Source of the DNA: Candidatus Dojkabacteria bacterium
GTDB taxonomy: Bacteria; Patescibacteriota; Dojkabacteria; GCA-002793355
Direction: 5' to 3'
Assembly: GCA_015485585.1 (NCBI GenBank)
Contig: WFTI01000035.1
Coordinates: 1 to 44,587 of the forward strand
DNA: 44,587 bases
The notes below the pieces were generated by a model that saw only the letters and a program-made list of their open reading frames with translations, was not told the DNA's origin and made no database searches. Each line of letters starts with the position of its first letter. The stretch's first letter is position 1. Below are positions 17,542 to 26,275 of this stretch, in pieces. The position numbers and the translations under genes are program-made.

Positions 17542-19314
17542 CTAAAGCCGTAGAAAGTGCCTATCTATTTCATCCCGCAGAATCTCCCAAATTACAGGCC
17601 TGCCATGAGGACAAACATGAGGATACTTACATTTAAGCAACCTTAATACGAGATCTTCTATCTGCTCTTGCGTCAATGGTTCATTTGCTCTTACTGAGCT
17701 GTGACAAGCCTTTGTGGCGATAGCATATCTAAGAGGTTCATAAAGTTTTCTATTTATGTATTCCTTTAAGTCTAAAACACCTTTTTCTTCTGTAATGATC
17801 TCAAGAAGCTGGTTAATAAAATCCGTTAATTCTTCTGGGGGAATAAAAGAAGGAGCAGTATATACCTTTAAACTTCCCTTACTCTCTTTAAATTCAGCCT
17901 CTATACCTAATTCGTGAAGAAGTAAAAGAAGTTCCTTCCTATCAACCGTATCTTTCTCAACCTTTATGGTCAAAGGACGTAATAGTTTTTGCTTGGCATC
18001 ATCTATTCTTTCTTCACCTCCTAACTCTTCAAAACGTATTCGCTCTGCAGCAGCATGTTGATCAATAATCCAGATACGATCTTGGAATTCTACTAATATA
18101 TAACGGTTCATTAGCTGAATCATCTGAACAATATTTCCTGTTTCTGGGGACTTAATTTCAGAAGATTCTTCTACCTGCCTCAAAGATCGTAATGGTAAAA
18201 AAGAAGAAACAGAAGAAGATATCTTTTGTGAAGATTCTCTAGGTTTGATTATTTCGATTTTATTGATCTTTTCAGCCACAGTGGGCTGTAAACTTGGCTT
18301 TGGAAGATATATAGTACCTCTACCTACTGTATCTTTAACTATACTTCCTAATCTCTCCTTTATTGCCCTTTGAACAAACTGCATAACACGATAGGGATTC
18401 TTAAACTTTACCTCTATTTTACGTGGATGTACATTCACATCCACAAGATACGGGTCGACAAAAACCTTAATAACCCCGGCTATCTGGCTAGATTTTAGTA
18501 CGAAATCTTCAAAAGCAAGATTTACTGCTTTCTGTAAGTATCGGTCTTCTACCACCCGATTATTTACCAAGATCTTAAATACCCGTTTTCCTTCGGTATA
18601 CTTATCAGGTCTCACTATTACCCCTTCTACCTTTATAGCTCCAAAATTTCTTGATATCTCTAGAAGATCTGAAGTTTGATAGCCTGTCACATCTGCATAT
18701 CTAGACAAAAGATCTTTACGTGATACAAGATCATATAAAACTCTATTATTATGCTCTAACTTTAAATGAATCAACGGATTTGCAAATGCTAGGGCTAAGA
18801 AGATATCGATATCATGTTTTAGTTCTGTTTTTACTGTTCTTAAAAACTTACGTCTTGCTGGCACATTATAAAAGAGATCCTCAACAACCACCGTAGTTCC
18901 CACATTACGAGCAAGGGGTACTATCGTATCCTCAAAAACCTTATAAAGATAGCCAACTTTACTATCAGGAGTTCTACTATGGATACTTACTTTTGCAACC
19001 TTACTTATTGCTGCTAAGGCTTCTCCTCTAAAACCAAAGGTTACTAGCCGTTCAAGATCTTCTAATCTGGAGATCTTACTGGTAGTATATGATGCTACTG
19101 CAAGCCTTAAGTCATCCTTAGCTATCCCTACCCCATCATCTGCAACTGTAATCTTGCGTATTCCTCCATCTTCTAATGAAACTGTTATTTTCTGGGCTTG
19201 CGCGTCAAGGGCATTCTCGATTAACTCCTTCAGCACAGAAGCAGGACGCTCTACAACCTCTCCAGCAGCAATCCTTTCTGCTACCTCTTTAGGTAATTTG
19301 CGAATTATGCCCAT
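17542..19314 (-). CDS. mutL: DNA mismatch repair endonuclease MutL
   Basis: IAAGEVVERPASVLKELIENALDA, GFRGEAL, VDVNVHP; endonuclease motifs DQHAAAERIRFE, ACH and CPHGRP. Confidence 0.98.
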   Translation of the reverse strand: MGIIRKLPKEVAERIAAGEVVERPASVLKELIENALDAQAQKITVSLEDGGIRKITVADDGVGIAKDDLRLAVASYTTSKISRLEDLERLVTFGFRGEALAAISKVAKVSIHSRTPDSKVGYLYKVFEDTIVPLARNVGTTVVVEDLFYNVPARRKFLRTVKTELKHDIDIFLALAFANPLIHLKLEHNNRVLYDLVSRKDLLSRYADVTGYQTSDLLEISRNFGAIKVEGVIVRPDKYTEGKRVFKILVNNRVVEDRYLQKAVNLAFEDFVLKSSQIAGVIKVFVDPYLVDVNVHPRKIEVKFKNPYRVMQFVQRAIKERLGSIVKDTVGRGTIYLPKPSLQPTVAEKINKIEIIKPRESSQKISSSVSSFLPLRSLRQVEESSEIKSPETGNIVQMIQLMNRYILVEFQDRIWIIDQHAAAERIRFEELGGEERIDDAKQKLLRPLTIKVEKDTVDRKELLLLLHELGIEAEFKESKGSLKVYTAPSFIPPEELTDFINQLLEIITEEKGVLDLKEYINRKLYEPLRYAIATKACHSSVRANEPLTQEQIEDLVLRLLKCKYPHVCPHGRPVIWEILRDEIDRHFLRL

Positions 19315-19332
19315 ACACGATTATAATTGAGC
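19315..19332. promoter_or_regulatory. symmetric bidirectional promoter: palindrome ATTATAAT (19320-19327) gives TATAAT on both strands
   Basis: CAT-acacg-ATTATAAT-tgagc-ATG, with a 5-nt spacer to a start codon on each side. Confidence 0.75.
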
Positions 19333-20097
19333 ATGATCGATCTTGATACAAAGATAAAACGTATGAGAAAACTCGGTAAGATTCACGCAACAATACTAGA
19401 AGAACTAAAATCCCGATGTCGCCCGGGAATTAAAAAACTTGAAATAGAGGAATATTTTAAAGAGCTTCTTAATAAATTTCCCGGTATAAGATCAGCATGT
19501 AAAGGATACAAACCCGTCGGATACAGAAATCCCTATCCCACAAATCTCTGTATCGCAAAAAATGAAGAAGCGATCCATATACCTCCAAATAAAAGCGTAA
19601 TACAAGAAGGCGATCTGGTCACAATAGACCTTGTGCTTACAGATAGTCTCGTATATACCGATGCTGCAGTATCGTTTATTGTAGGAGAAACAAGAAAAAG
19701 ATCCCGTATAAAACTGTTACAGACTGCATATAATGCTCTTTATAGTGCAATAAGCAAGCTCAAAGATGGTACAAACGTAGGAAAACTCTCTTTTACAATC
19801 TATTCTATAGTAAAGAAAGCAGGCTTTGATGTCTTAAAGGAATACGGAGGCCATGGTATCGGAACTCAAATGTGGGAAGATCCTTTTATTCCGAATTATG
19901 GCGATCCACATGAAGGGCCTATATTAAGCGAAGGAGATACCTTAGCGATCGAACCATTGGTGTGTGAAGGGGACGATCGGTTAGAGTATCTTGATGAATG
20001 GTCAACACGTACTTTAGACCGAAAAGATTTTGTTCAGGTAGAACATACCGTACTTGTTCTAAAAGATAGGGCCGAAATCCTTACAAGTTTTGATTAG
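19333..20097 (+). CDS. map: methionine aminopeptidase type I
   Basis: H-x-P, GDLVTIDL, YTDAA, GGHGIG, LAIEP and VEHT motifs; start moved from TTG 19327 to ATG 19333. Confidence 0.95.
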   Translation: MIDLDTKIKRMRKLGKIHATILEELKSRCRPGIKKLEIEEYFKELLNKFPGIRSACKGYKPVGYRNPYPTNLCIAKNEEAIHIPPNKSVIQEGDLVTIDLVLTDSLVYTDAAVSFIVGETRKRSRIKLLQTAYNALYSAISKLKDGTNVGKLSFTIYSIVKKAGFDVLKEYGGHGIGTQMWEDPFIPNYGDPHEGPILSEGDTLAIEPLVCEGDDRLEYLDEWSTRTLDRKDFVQVEHTVLVLKDRAEILTSFD

Positions 20098-20746
20098 GTT
20101 GCTTGGTAAGATACCTTAGTCTATGAATAGGCGTAAGCCCATACAACTGAATAGCACGCTTATGAGTAGGAGTCCCGTACCCTTTATTCTCAGCAAACCT
20201 CCAATAAGGATAGAGCTTATTATAATATCTTCTCATAAGCTCATCCCTTAAAAACTTAGCCACGATAGAAGCAAGTTGAATAGAAAGAAAAAGAGCGTCT
20301 CCGCTTTTACATTTAAGATAAGGAAAGGCTAAGTCAGAAAGGTCTCCTACTGAATTTACTCCATCTATAAAGATAATAAACCTCCTTTTATCGGTTTTTA
20401 TCCTTGTTAGCAGCTTACTAATACTCTCTTTAATGGCAAGAGTCGCTGTTGTTCTAATTCCATACCGATCAATTTTTTGGGCTGGAAAGAAGCTTGCAGT
20501 GACATAATCTGTAGTCTTTAATATACTGCGTGCAATCTTTGCTCTCCATTTTTCATCAACTTTTTTTGAATCATTAACAAAACGCCAATATTCCTTTGGA
20601 AAACGCTGTAATAAAACAGGGTCTATGCAAACAGAAGCCGCTACTACAGGACCAGCAACCGAACCTCGACCGACCTCATCTGCACCGATTAAAAAGAAAC
20701 CTTTTTGAAGAAAATACTTCTCTATATTATGTAGTCTTATCTTCAC
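20081..20746 (-). CDS. rnhB: ribonuclease HII
   Basis: [34 protein letters not shown] and PIHR motifs; adjacent to rplS. Confidence 0.96.
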   Translation of the reverse strand: MKIRLHNIEKYFLQKGFFLIGADEVGRGSVAGPVVAASVCIDPVLLQRFPKEYWRFVNDSKKVDEKWRAKIARSILKTTDYVTASFFPAQKIDRYGIRTTATLAIKESISKLLTRIKTDKRRFIIFIDGVNSVGDLSDLAFPYLKCKSGDALFLSIQLASIVAKFLRDELMRRYYNKLYPYWRFAENKGYGTPTHKRAIQLYGLTPIHRLRYLTKQPNQNL

Positions 20747-21203
20747 GGTATTTTACATACAGCCTCTTCTTACCTTTTCTTTCACGAAGATAATAAAGTT
20801 TCGCTCTTCTTGCTCGCGCAGTACGCACACGTTTAATACTTACAATAACAGGAGCATTAACTGGAAAAACACGTTCTACTCCGATCTCATTTGCACCAAC
20901 CTTTCTGACTCTAATCCGTTTCTGCTTACCCTCCCCATGGATTCCGATGACAACCCCCTTAAATGTTTGAATCTGCATGGCTTGTTCTTCTAACTGCTCT
21001 TTGGTATACCCTGCTTCTAACTTCTGTTTTAATAACTGCTTCTCAGCAGCTGTTAACCTCCGCTCAACTTTAGGTTTTAAAGCTACCTTAAATTTTACCT
21101 CTACCGTATCACCAACTCGGATTTTATTTATAACATCATCTGATGAATCCCCAAATTTACTTTTTAACAGATCATAAACCTTTGCCACATTTACTTTCAG
21201 CAT
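20727..21203 (-). CDS. rplS: 50S ribosomal protein L19 with an internal insertion
   Basis: GDTVEV...[27 protein letters not shown]; TATAAT at 21211-21216. Confidence 0.95.
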   Translation of the reverse strand: MLKVNVAKVYDLLKSKFGDSSDDVINKIRVGDTVEVKFKVALKPKVERRLTAAEKQLLKQKLEAGYTKEQLEEQAMQIQTFKGVVIGIHGEGKQKRIRVRKVGANEIGVERVFPVNAPVIVSIKRVRTARARRAKLYYLRERKGKKRLYVKYREDKTT

Positions 21204-21224
21204 AGGACTAATTATAACCTATTT

Positions 21225-23561
21225 TTATAAACTTTGATTTTCTGCCTGTTTCTCTTCTTCTGTACCACTGCTTAACTCGTCAAGCTGACTAAGTATCTGG
21301 TTTACATTTTTCTTCAACTGTTGTTTAACCTCGGCTGATACCTGAAGATTATCTACTATCTGCAAGAAGCGCTGATATAGGCGTTTAGCCTCCTCGTAGC
21401 GTTTTACCTTTACTAAGAATGATCCCTTTAAAGTAACCACATCAAGTAGCAACCCGATATTGTTCGCTTTAACCTGCTCCACAGCAGCAAGTTCAAGTAG
21501 ATTCATAACAGCTGCAAACCTTCCTTCATATTGAGAAACATTGTTTTCATCTACTATATCTATTAAAAGCCTTGCATATTCGCGGGAAGAAGTAATATCT
21601 TGAGGGGCAAAGCTCATATATCTTCCATATAAATCTACCGCCTTTTCTAAGAAGAAACGTGAATTAGTAAGACGATACACCGTTGCATACCCTTCAGCGC
21701 CTATACGTAAGAGGTTAGCAGATGATAGACCTTCTGTTAGATATCCCACCCCAACCTGAAGCTGGTATAGATACTCATTTAATGGCAATCCCAATTTTTC
21801 TACCTCATCTTTGTTGTCTTGAGCAAGCTTCTGATAAGTATTAAGAATTGATGTAAGAGTGTCTGTTTTTACTACATAATAAAGTACGCAATTACCACAA
21901 GCATATTTAAGCGTATTTAAGCGTCGTAAGAGAATATTAATCTCTTCTTTTTTATCTTTAAAGTCTTGAACACTATTAATCGTAGAAACCTGCTGTTGCG
22001 AATAAAGAACACTTGTTGCATAGTAGAGGCTTTTTGCCAACTTATATGACTGATAACCGAGTACACTAACTATTACAAAAGCTATAAGCAAGAAAAACCA
22101 ATGGGTATAGTTTTGCATCTTATTCTTTAAGGAAACCCCGTATACTCCAAGTCGCAAAAAGCCCTTGTATTCTACGGCATAAGTTTCAAAAAACAGCATT
22201 GCCACAAGTCCTATCAACGCCCAACCGAACAATGAAGGATAGAAGAATATTAGGAATACCGCTGAAATGACAACAAGGAGTTTAGCTAATATATTCTCTC
22301 TATTAGGATGCTTAATCCACAAATAGGCTATGTATCCTGTGACAATCAACCCTACCAAGATAGGTAAAACTCCAAACTCCGCGATATAGTTTACTATCGG
22401 TAGATAAGAGGTAGTAATCCCTCTTCTTAGAGCCAAAATCGGCAAGAATAAACCTGAATGGAACGCTCCAAGGCCAAAAAGATAGGTTAACACACTAGAA
22501 TTGAGTAAGTTTCCAAAGAGAGAATATAAAAAGCCGTAATTTGTGAACCATTCCGCAAATACTACAAGGGTATTACGGGGCGCTTGAACTAGAAGCTCTT
22601 TCATCCCCTCTAAATACCTTTCAGGAGAAGCAAACGAATATATAGGAACGCCCAACACAAAAACTGACAATATAAAGATAGCTACCTGCTTCCAATACTC
22701 TCTAATATCAGAAGATAAGACTAACACAGCAACAAGGGTCAATGTCAAAAACGCCATAAATATACCTGCCAAAGGCAATAGAAAGACCCCGTAGAGTAAT
22801 GTTCCCATCAACACAAGGTATATCAATCCCTCAAGAGTACCTTTAACATAATCTTTCTCGCCGATGTGTTGAGCTGAAGTAAGAAGGACTATCAGTGCCC
22901 CAAACACATGGAACAAGACAAAAGTACCCACATCTCCCCATACAACTACAGGAAACGAACGGCTTAAGAAAAGTTGTCTTAGTGTATCTCCAACAAAAGA
23001 TACATTAACAATATCCGCTTTGATTAAGAAATAAAGAGCCACTCCTATTAGATCAACCCCCAATACTACAAACGGGATATACCTGAACACACGGTTTAAA
23101 GAGTACGAAAGGCTGTATACCACAAAACTGAAAACCCACACTATTAAAAAAGCTACTACTAACCCCATCAACAGATAAGGAATAAAGACAAAAGCATCAA
23201 TAAACGAGGTTGATTGTCTATAGACTACTGACATTAAAGCATTAATGATAAATAGGGTGAAAAGTACAAGCATCCAGACATGGGGTTTATAGAAAACTAT
23301 ATTTATTCCTTGTTTTCTCCATACTACCACAACCAATAGCAGAACAAGAAGCCACAGAAGTACAACAAACAGCACACTGTAAAATGCCCTTACTAGAGGA
23401 ATATTAAACACGGTGTTAGTAAATGCTATAAATAAAGAGGTAAAAACGATTGTAAGAAGAACAATCGGAACTTTACCAACCTTAAAAGTAGGTAAAGATA
23501 GACGTTTTATAACCTTTTTACTTCTTCCCCGCATGGTCTTGGATCTGATTGTCTTAGACAT
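21225..23561 (-). CDS. polytopic membrane protein, O-antigen-ligase/Wzy_C-like, with C-terminal TPR-like helices
   Basis: More than 12 hydrophobic segments; LFGLG and IAEFGVL resemble Wzy_C motifs; helical tail LKGSFLVKVKRYEEAKRLYQRFLQI. Confidence 0.5.
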   Translation of the reverse strand: MSKTIRSKTMRGRSKKVIKRLSLPTFKVGKVPIVLLTIVFTSLFIAFTNTVFNIPLVRAFYSVLFVVLLWLLVLLLVVVVWRKQGINIVFYKPHVWMLVLFTLFIINALMSVVYRQSTSFIDAFVFIPYLLMGLVVAFLIVWVFSFVVYSLSYSLNRVFRYIPFVVLGVDLIGVALYFLIKADIVNVSFVGDTLRQLFLSRSFPVVVWGDVGTFVLFHVFGALIVLLTSAQHIGEKDYVKGTLEGLIYLVLMGTLLYGVFLLPLAGIFMAFLTLTLVAVLVLSSDIREYWKQVAIFILSVFVLGVPIYSFASPERYLEGMKELLVQAPRNTLVVFAEWFTNYGFLYSLFGNLLNSSVLTYLFGLGAFHSGLFLPILALRRGITTSYLPIVNYIAEFGVLPILVGLIVTGYIAYLWIKHPNRENILAKLLVVISAVFLIFFYPSLFGWALIGLVAMLFFETYAVEYKGFLRLGVYGVSLKNKMQNYTHWFFLLIAFVIVSVLGYQSYKLAKSLYYATSVLYSQQQVSTINSVQDFKDKKEEINILLRRLNTLKYACGNCVLYYVVKTDTLTSILNTYQKLAQDNKDEVEKLGLPLNEYLYQLQVGVGYLTEGLSSANLLRIGAEGYATVYRLTNSRFFLEKAVDLYGRYMSFAPQDITSSREYARLLIDIVDENNVSQYEGRFAAVMNLLELAAVEQVKANNIGLLLDVVTLKGSFLVKVKRYEEAKRLYQRFLQIVDNLQVSAEVKQQLKKNVNQILSQLDELSSGTEEEKQAENQSL

Positions 23562-23626
23562 TACATTCTAGTATAAGCAAAGAAGGTTGATTTGTCAAAT
23601 GCATGACGTCTACCGTGAAAATAAAA

Positions 23627-23968
23627 TTATAGTCTATCTAGTTCAACTCTTTTTACATGGGTCGGAGAAAGCTTATCAAGCAAAAAATAAGCTGCCTTTT
23701 TGACCACCTCGGCATCTCCACAATAGTATATGTCTACTGTTGCCTTTCTCTCCTCTGGCCAGGTATGGATAGAGATATGAGATTCTGCCAAAATATAGAA
23801 AGCAGTAACGCCATGAGGAGAAAATTTATGAAAATCTCCTTTTATAATCCGCATACCGCTTTGCTCACAAGCCTCACGTAAGATACTCATTAGTTCTGAT
23901 GGAGAATCTAAAAGTTTACTGTCTACTCCATAAAGATCAAGTAATATGTGGTATCCAGCGCTTGCCAT
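23627..23968 (-). CDS. speD: S-adenosylmethionine decarboxylase proenzyme family (pyruvoyl-dependent)
   Basis: GYHILLDLYG, F-x-P-x-GVT, LAE|SHISIHTWPE self-cleavage motif, DIYYCG. Confidence 0.92.
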   Translation of the reverse strand: MASAGYHILLDLYGVDSKLLDSPSELMSILREACEQSGMRIIKGDFHKFSPHGVTAFYILAESHISIHTWPEERKATVDIYYCGDAEVVKKAAYFLLDKLSPTHVKRVELDRL

Positions 23969-24020
23969 CTTCCATTAAGCAATATTAACACCTTATTTTC
24001 ACCGATTATATAGGAATCTC

Positions 24021-24091
24021 TTGCGGGGCCAGGATTCGAACCTGGACCTACGGCTCCAAAGGCCGCTGTCCTACCATTAGACGACCCCGCA
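24021..24091 (-). tRNA. tRNA-Gln(TTG)
   Basis: TGCGGGGTCGTCTAATGGTAGGAC; anticodon arm GCGGC-CT-TTG-GA-GCCGT; U1-A72 pair. Confidence 0.95.
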
Positions 24092-24124
24092 ATAAACTAT
24101 GATAAAAGTGTAGTAAATTATACC

Positions 24125-24622
24125 CTATTTATCAAGATGAAAAGCTGTCATAACTGCTACTCCGAGTGCGTCTGCTGTATCATCCACACTAAATGTTACA
24201 CCAATATCTTTTAAGAATTGAGAATATAGGTTTTTAATCATCGTCTTTTTTGAAGCATCCCCGTACCCAGTAATAAACGCCTTAATAGCCTTTGGGGTAA
24301 AAGTATAAAGAAATACGTTTTTTTCGTGACATATTAGATTGAGTACTCCAAATACAGCGTAACTTTTTTTTAATCGTTCTAGGTTCCGTAAACTAATTAC
24401 CTCTTCTACTCCACATATATGAGGAGAAAACTTATTAAAAAGAGTCAAAAGGTCAGCATACAATCTTCCGAGACGTTCTTGAAAAGAAAGACTAGGTGAC
24501 GTAGTTATAACCCCAAGATCTACAATTTTTATCTTTCTAGGAGAAAAGGTGTCAATAATAGCATATCCCAACCTTGCATACCCAAGATCTATCCCTATTA
24601 TGCGTTTTACGTTGGATACCAT
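24125..24622 (-). CDS. ruvC: crossover junction endodeoxyribonuclease RuvC
   Basis: IIGIDLGYARLGY, VEE, IK-x-x-ITGYGDASK and DDTADAL motifs. Confidence 0.94.
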   Translation of the reverse strand: MVSNVKRIIGIDLGYARLGYAIIDTFSPRKIKIVDLGVITTSPSLSFQERLGRLYADLLTLFNKFSPHICGVEEVISLRNLERLKKSYAVFGVLNLICHEKNVFLYTFTPKAIKAFITGYGDASKKTMIKNLYSQFLKDIGVTFSVDDTADALGVAVMTAFHLDK

Positions 24623-25323
24623 ACCTCTTCAATATCTGTGCACAGATTACGTAGTTCATTAATGAAATTCTCAACTAAAACCTTGTCTACCTGATATTCC
24701 ACATTACCCACGTAGCGGTATATTACACGGGAATCTTTTATTTTGTATCCTTTCTCTTGCAGAAAAGACGTTATCTCACTTATCTTTTCTTTAGCTACAT
24801 AGAGTATTACAGAGTCTTCCTTAAACGTAAAATCATCAACTTCAACAAGATCTAAAAGTTCTAATAACCTGTCTTCTTGTTCTTCGGTAATACCTTCTAT
24901 CTTTAAAGATCCTTTCTCTTCAAATTGCCACAACAAGCTTCCTTTATCTGCCAATCTCCCACCAAGCTTACGTAAGGCTGTTTTTAATTCTGTTAAGGTA
25001 CGGTTAGTATTATCTGTAAATACTTTGAGGATCATCGGAAGATTTGAAGGACCCAGAATCTCATAGATTACAGTTTGATAATCATCTTTAGAATTCTCTC
25101 CACTATATTTATTTAACAGCCGCTCAATATTCTCCTTAGGCATTCTGACGCTTTTTGCATACTCTATCGCAGCCCGAAGAGCGCTGTTGGTGTTAATATC
25201 AGTTCCCCCTTGTCTTATAGCACTAATTATCATCTTAGCCGCTTTTGAATAAGCAAGAGCCTTTTTACGGTCTGCTGCTTCTTTTTTGCGTTTAATATTT
25301 TTCCAATGTGAATGCCCTGCCAT
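24607..25323 (-). CDS. yebC: YebC/PmpR family protein
   Basis: MAGHSHWKNIKRKK, MPKENIER, TDNTNRT; TAAAAT at 25331-25336. Confidence 0.96.
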   Translation of the reverse strand: MAGHSHWKNIKRKKEAADRKKALAYSKAAKMIISAIRQGGTDINTNSALRAAIEYAKSVRMPKENIERLLNKYSGENSKDDYQTVIYEILGPSNLPMILKVFTDNTNRTLTELKTALRKLGGRLADKGSLLWQFEEKGSLKIEGITEEQEDRLLELLDLVEVDDFTFKEDSVILYVAKEKISEITSFLQEKGYKIKDSRVIYRYVGNVEYQVDKVLVENFINELRNLCTDIEEVWYPT

Positions 25324-25342
25324 ATTAGAGATTTTACCCTTT

Positions 25343-26254
25343 TTATCTAATTAGAATAATGACTATGTCTGCACTTGTTAACAGGAAGGGTGGTCGCTTA
25401 CTGCTCCAATATATGTTTCTTGTTTTATACAACTCTTTTATAACCCTTAAAGTTACTGTTGAATTTGCTTTTTCTTCTGCAAAGATAAAAAGATCATAAC
25501 TGTTATATTGATCGGGTAAAGAGGCGTTTCCCACCCTTATTACGTTGACTCCATACATACGGAGTATCTTAGACCAAAAAGTAGCATAACCCGGCTTAGA
25601 ACTTGCGTTGTAAATCTCAACAAAAAGGCCTTCTTGGACTATCTTATCATTTTTAAACAAGGGCCCCAATGCCTCTAGAAAATCAGTGTAGGCATAAGCC
25701 AAAACCTCTTCTTCGGTCGGAAGGGTAATCTTCTTTGAAGCCTCTATCTTAAGCTCTTTAATGGGAGCAGTTTTTTCTAAAAATCTCCACAAAAGATACT
25801 CTTTAAGGCTCAAAGATGTGGAGATTAAACGATTATCTTTTTTGACTAAAAAACCCGTAAGTGGTACTCCTGTAACCGAAACTGCTAACTTCGAAAAATT
25901 ACACGGATTATAAGGCTCTTTATAAAGTAGCCTTGCTAGAGCTTTAACCTGTATAGCAGGCACATTACTATGGCTTAGAATAATCCATTTTGTAGGATCA
26001 AGTTTTGCCCTATAGATCTCTTTCTCTTTTACGATGTGATACTCTAAGTTTTCCACCCCAAAAGGTGCAATACTATCATCTGTTTCAACTACAAGATACA
26101 CCCGTGGACTTGTAAACGAAAGAAGACTTTCACAGTTTTTTTGATAGGTTTTATTGTAGTACCCTAAGATTCCGACCCATATTAATGTAGGTATTAGAAA
26201 GAGTGTAAACAGTAGAAAACCTACTTTTTTACTGACCTTTTGCGTAATTCTCAC
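25343..26254 (-). CDS. membrane-anchored protein with a LytR C-terminal domain
   Basis: N-terminal TM; C-terminal VEIYNAS-x-x-PGYA...G-x-x-V-x-x-VGNA...DIVIII pattern; GTG start with TATAAT at 26261-26266. Confidence 0.7.
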   Translation of the reverse strand: MRITQKVSKKVGFLLFTLFLIPTLIWVGILGYYNKTYQKNCESLLSFTSPRVYLVVETDDSIAPFGVENLEYHIVKEKEIYRAKLDPTKWIILSHSNVPAIQVKALARLLYKEPYNPCNFSKLAVSVTGVPLTGFLVKKDNRLISTSLSLKEYLLWRFLEKTAPIKELKIEASKKITLPTEEEVLAYAYTDFLEALGPLFKNDKIVQEGLFVEIYNASSKPGYATFWSKILRMYGVNVIRVGNASLPDQYNSYDLFIFAEEKANSTVTLRVIKELYKTRNIYWSSKRPPFLLTSADIVIILIR

Positions 26255-26275
26255 TTTTGTATTATAAATCTTATA

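Noticed and set aside
17542-19314. mutL without mutS, clpP without clpX, rplA without rplJ-rplL
   Set aside because: Absence from a 45-kb window says nothing about the genome; dispersed operons are common in rearranged small genomes
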